Source: Balanoglossus misakiensis
Taxonomy: Eukaryota; Animalia; Hemichordata
Reading direction: 5' to 3'
Length of the DNA stretch: 64,000 bases
Assembly: GCA_040954595.2 (NCBI GenBank)
Contig: CM082589.2
Coordinates: 3,114,213 to 3,178,212, forward strand
Shown: positions 54,201 through 64,000 of the stretch, one piece after another
How positions within the stretch are numbered: the stretch's first letter is position 1
Layout of the letters: each line of letters begins with the position of its first letter
Program-made: the position numbers and the translations under genes
The notes under the pieces: generated by a model
Told to the model about the DNA's origin: nothing
The model's input: the letters and a program-made list of their open reading frames with translations, nothing else
Databases searched by the model: none

Positions 54201-56589
54201 GCTTGTCTCACAGTGTCTAACTCCTTCTTGATGTGTGCACGCTCCATTTCAGCCTTCCCGTGGGCCTCCGCGGATTTGACCTCCGTTTGCCGCAGTTTTT
54301 CGTACGTCTTATCCAGTTCTTCAAGTGTCTTGAGGTAGAACAACAAATCCAATTAGAAATCCACCTAACATATCATCATTCACATGTACATATATGTTTC
54401 AACTAACAAATCATAACTGAAGGAGTGACTATGTAAAACTCACCTGCATTTGCGCCTGTTGTATCTTGTGCATGGCTTCCAATTCTAGTTCCAATTTCTC
54501 TTCCACTAAAGGCCTGTAAAAGTACATGCATATGTTCATGAAGACTACCCAATCACTGATTTTACATTTAATGTATTACAACCGAACACACTATGCACTG
54601 AACATCAACAAGCAACTTACGAATGTGTCTTCACAAAGCTGATGTCTTCAAGGAGTCTAGAGTTAAGAACTTCTGCAATCTCCACCTTGGAGCGGACTCT
54701 GTCTTCCTGTCTGCCCCTGTAGGAACAGTGCCACTGCAGCTCGCTGATGTCCAAGGCACATGCCTCGTGTTCTACACAGATGAATGAAAATAAGGTTACA
54801 GTGAGAAAAATATTTTTACAGTTCAGTATCTTTTTTGACAAAAATCAGAGCTTGTTGAATATAATTATGTTAATTAAATTGTGGCCACTGTCAGTTCAGT
54901 ACAACAATAGTATATAATCTCATTCACTGATAATTGCTTATATTGTATTTATGTAAAATAGCCCCCATCCTACCCTATCTGTTCATTGGATGGTACACCT
55001 GATGAAATCTACAAGCCTACCTCTTTGCACAGCCAATGGCAGCTCATGCAGTCGTTTCTCGGCCAGCTTATCGATCCTGGCACTCAGCATGGCACTTCGC
55101 CTCTTCTCCTCCTCGTACATGCCGTCCGAGTCGGCCCGGTCGGTTTCCAGCCTCCCCAGAAGCATGATCACCTCATCGATGACCTCCTCGGCTCCCAGCT
55201 GAGGGAGTTCTTCCTCCTCAACCACAGACTCAACCTCTGACTCGGGTATTATTGCACCTTGTCCAAAGATCGAAAGTCCTTGATCGTAGTCTGTAGCCGA
55301 TGTTGAACTTGACACAGTGCCTGCTGATGACGGTGCGAACCTGATATGTTTTCGCCCAGACCCTGAAAACAAATTCCATGGGCGTCATTAAACCTTTCTC
55401 CACTATGGTTTAGTCCAGATCTGTTGTTTTCCAAGGTAAAGTTGGATATCTATAGAGGGAATCAGGATAAAACAGTTGAAGGACCTAAACTCACCGACTG
55501 GTTTTGGTTCCGGAGTCAGAGGCCTCAGAGTATCATCATCTTTGACACTGACTATAGCACTGGTGGCCCGACTACTGCTAGACTTCCGACTCAACACTTC
55601 AATCTCCACATCTCTGGACCACTCCTCAAGTCTGTCTTGAAGGAACTGGATGTGCTCCACAGCCTTGGCGATGCTCACCGACATGGGTTTCTTGAAGTAC
55701 AGCGCCCTCCGCTTGAACATCTTGTCTTGGAGTCGCGGCCATCCTTGTGGCAGAGGGAACAGTTGGTCTGGAACACAAGACGTCAGTTGTTATGAATTGT
55801 ACTCCAAATACCAAAGTTGTTTTTCAAACCGATCAGCAGGTTCTCAGTGTTTTTGATCTCTTTGTCAGTGCTTGTCTGTGACATAATGATGTTGCATGGA
55901 TGTTATGTTTGTACTTACCCCTAGACTCTTCTTCAATAACATCTTCCCCAGGAGTTTCTCTCGCACCACCTTTGGTATCTAACCTTGATAAGTTTGATGC
56001 TGACGGGAAAACAACGATTTTTATTAGACAAATATTTTTATGACAAGTGAAAGAATGTGGTGGTTTGGGTTATGAACTTTGCTTACACACAGACAAAAAA
56101 GCCTCTGCACTTACTTCCCATACTGTATGAAGTTAACGGTGAACCCTTTGAGAATCTCTCCACATCTGACACACTTGACCCTGCTTTGGACCTGGCTGCT
56201 GCCTCACTATGTAAGTCCATGCTGACACTAGCAAGTTGATCCCTTGTTGGGACCTCACTTCGAGGCAAGCTTCCACTAACAGTCGGCATTATGCTTGTGT
56301 TTGATGTGTCACATATCTGTATAGTTGTCTTACGTGTACCAACATCTATATCTGTGATGGATATGAACACATCATAGATGAGAACATGTTTATTACAGTT
56401 GGAAACTTATTTTAGAGGCTCTACCGACGATCTACTTGCTCATTTACGCATTTAAAAGAAACGCATATGTTCTGCCAACGATAAAAGTTAACAAAAACGA
56501 CGATCTGTCATAACTGCTACCAAAGAAGTGTGATAAATGATCGGAGTTTACATTTGTTTTGAATGTATACTCACCCTGGGCGTCGCCAT
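51210..56589 (-). CDS. CCDC178: Coiled-coil domain-containing protein 178-like, multi-exon
   Basis: The segment EVIMLLGRLETDRAD...IDKLAEKRLHELPLAVQREHEACALDISELQWHC matches the characteristic CCDC178 region. Extensive heptad coiled coil. The start is uncertain (MATPR at 56589 or MPTVS at ~56289). Stop at 51212-51210. Confidence 0.82.
52945..53039. mobile_element. Degenerate copy of the short TTAA-flanked MITE family (inverted relative to the 59988 copy)
   Basis: ttaaccctttccaacatggtttggtccaaatcc...aagttggacctc...gggtgaa aligns by eye to the reverse complement of 59988-60080. Confidence 0.6.
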
Positions 56590-56804
56590 ATTGGATTGTT
56601 TCTAAGGGCCCGAGCATTAATTAGGTACTCCGAGTGACAGCCGAGGCCCTTTCGGAAAGACAGATGGTCACGTGATAATTTAGTCACCAGCAAAATGGCG
56701 GAATAAGGTCTGTGTTTATTTGCGTGTCACTTTGGAAATCGCTTTGCGCGGTGTTTTGACTTTGTGTCCCTCAAGGCAACCGCCTGAAATATCTAAAAAT
56801 AACC
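56590..56804. promoter_or_regulatory. Bidirectional promoter shared by CCDC178 and ASXL
   Basis: About 215 bp separate the divergent first exons. It contains an E-box gtCACGTGa (56669-56674) and a YY1-like CAAAATGGCG (56691-56700). Confidence 0.65.
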
Positions 56805-63702
<6,898 letters not shown>

Positions 63703-64000
63703 GAAAGGCTCCAGGCTGTGGTTTTTCAACTTCATCCATGGAACATTATGCACGATCGTTTGTGTGTCTAAAACCACCACTGATGGCCGGGATAGAACAA
63801 GACCTTTATGAAGACAGACCATGAAAAACGCAATAGTGTTGGAACCCTGCTAGCCACATGAAATTCACGTACTTGTACTGTATATACCGTATGTCCATTA
63901 CAAACAACCTTCAACCAAAGTCATTTATGACCTTTGTTTTTTTTCACTTTGTAAAACCAGATTTCTTTCATTAAGGGAACTCTTTCCAAAATTTGCACCG

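Overview
Gene-dense (~43% GC by eye) spliceosomal-intron-containing animal genomic DNA, not prokaryotic. Gene content and repeats suggest an invertebrate deuterostome, possibly a hemichordate or echinoderm; this is inference. Thirteen protein-coding genes can be read in order: a multi-C2H2 zinc-finger gene (+, large terminal exon), DLGAP5/HURP (-), an orphan 498-aa single-coding-exon gene (-), ATPSCKMT/FAM173B (+), a divergent TM9SF nonaspanin (-), two tandem SLC16/MCT transporters (-), a proteinase K-like S8A protease (+), an intronless GPR21/52-like GPCR (+), a 26/29-kDa-type cathepsin L-like protease (-), a non-vertebrate-type AANAT/GNAT (+), CCDC178 (-) and ASXL (+). CCDC178 and ASXL are head-to-head. 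Repeats include a 590-bp near-perfect foldback element with a target-site duplication, a ~3.9-kb array of ~549-bp units each carrying a nested palindrome, small TTAA-flanked MITEs and microsatellites. Most notable: a 3-nt AAG micro-exon in ASXL with exon sizes matching human ASXL1, CCDC178-ASXL microsynteny, a TM9SF whose KxD/E tail is replaced by an acidic-dileucine sorting tail, an orphan gene with a PAK1-type LC8 motif and an upstream RFX X-box, and the palindrome-bearing tandem array. All gene models were assembled by eye; no database search was run.
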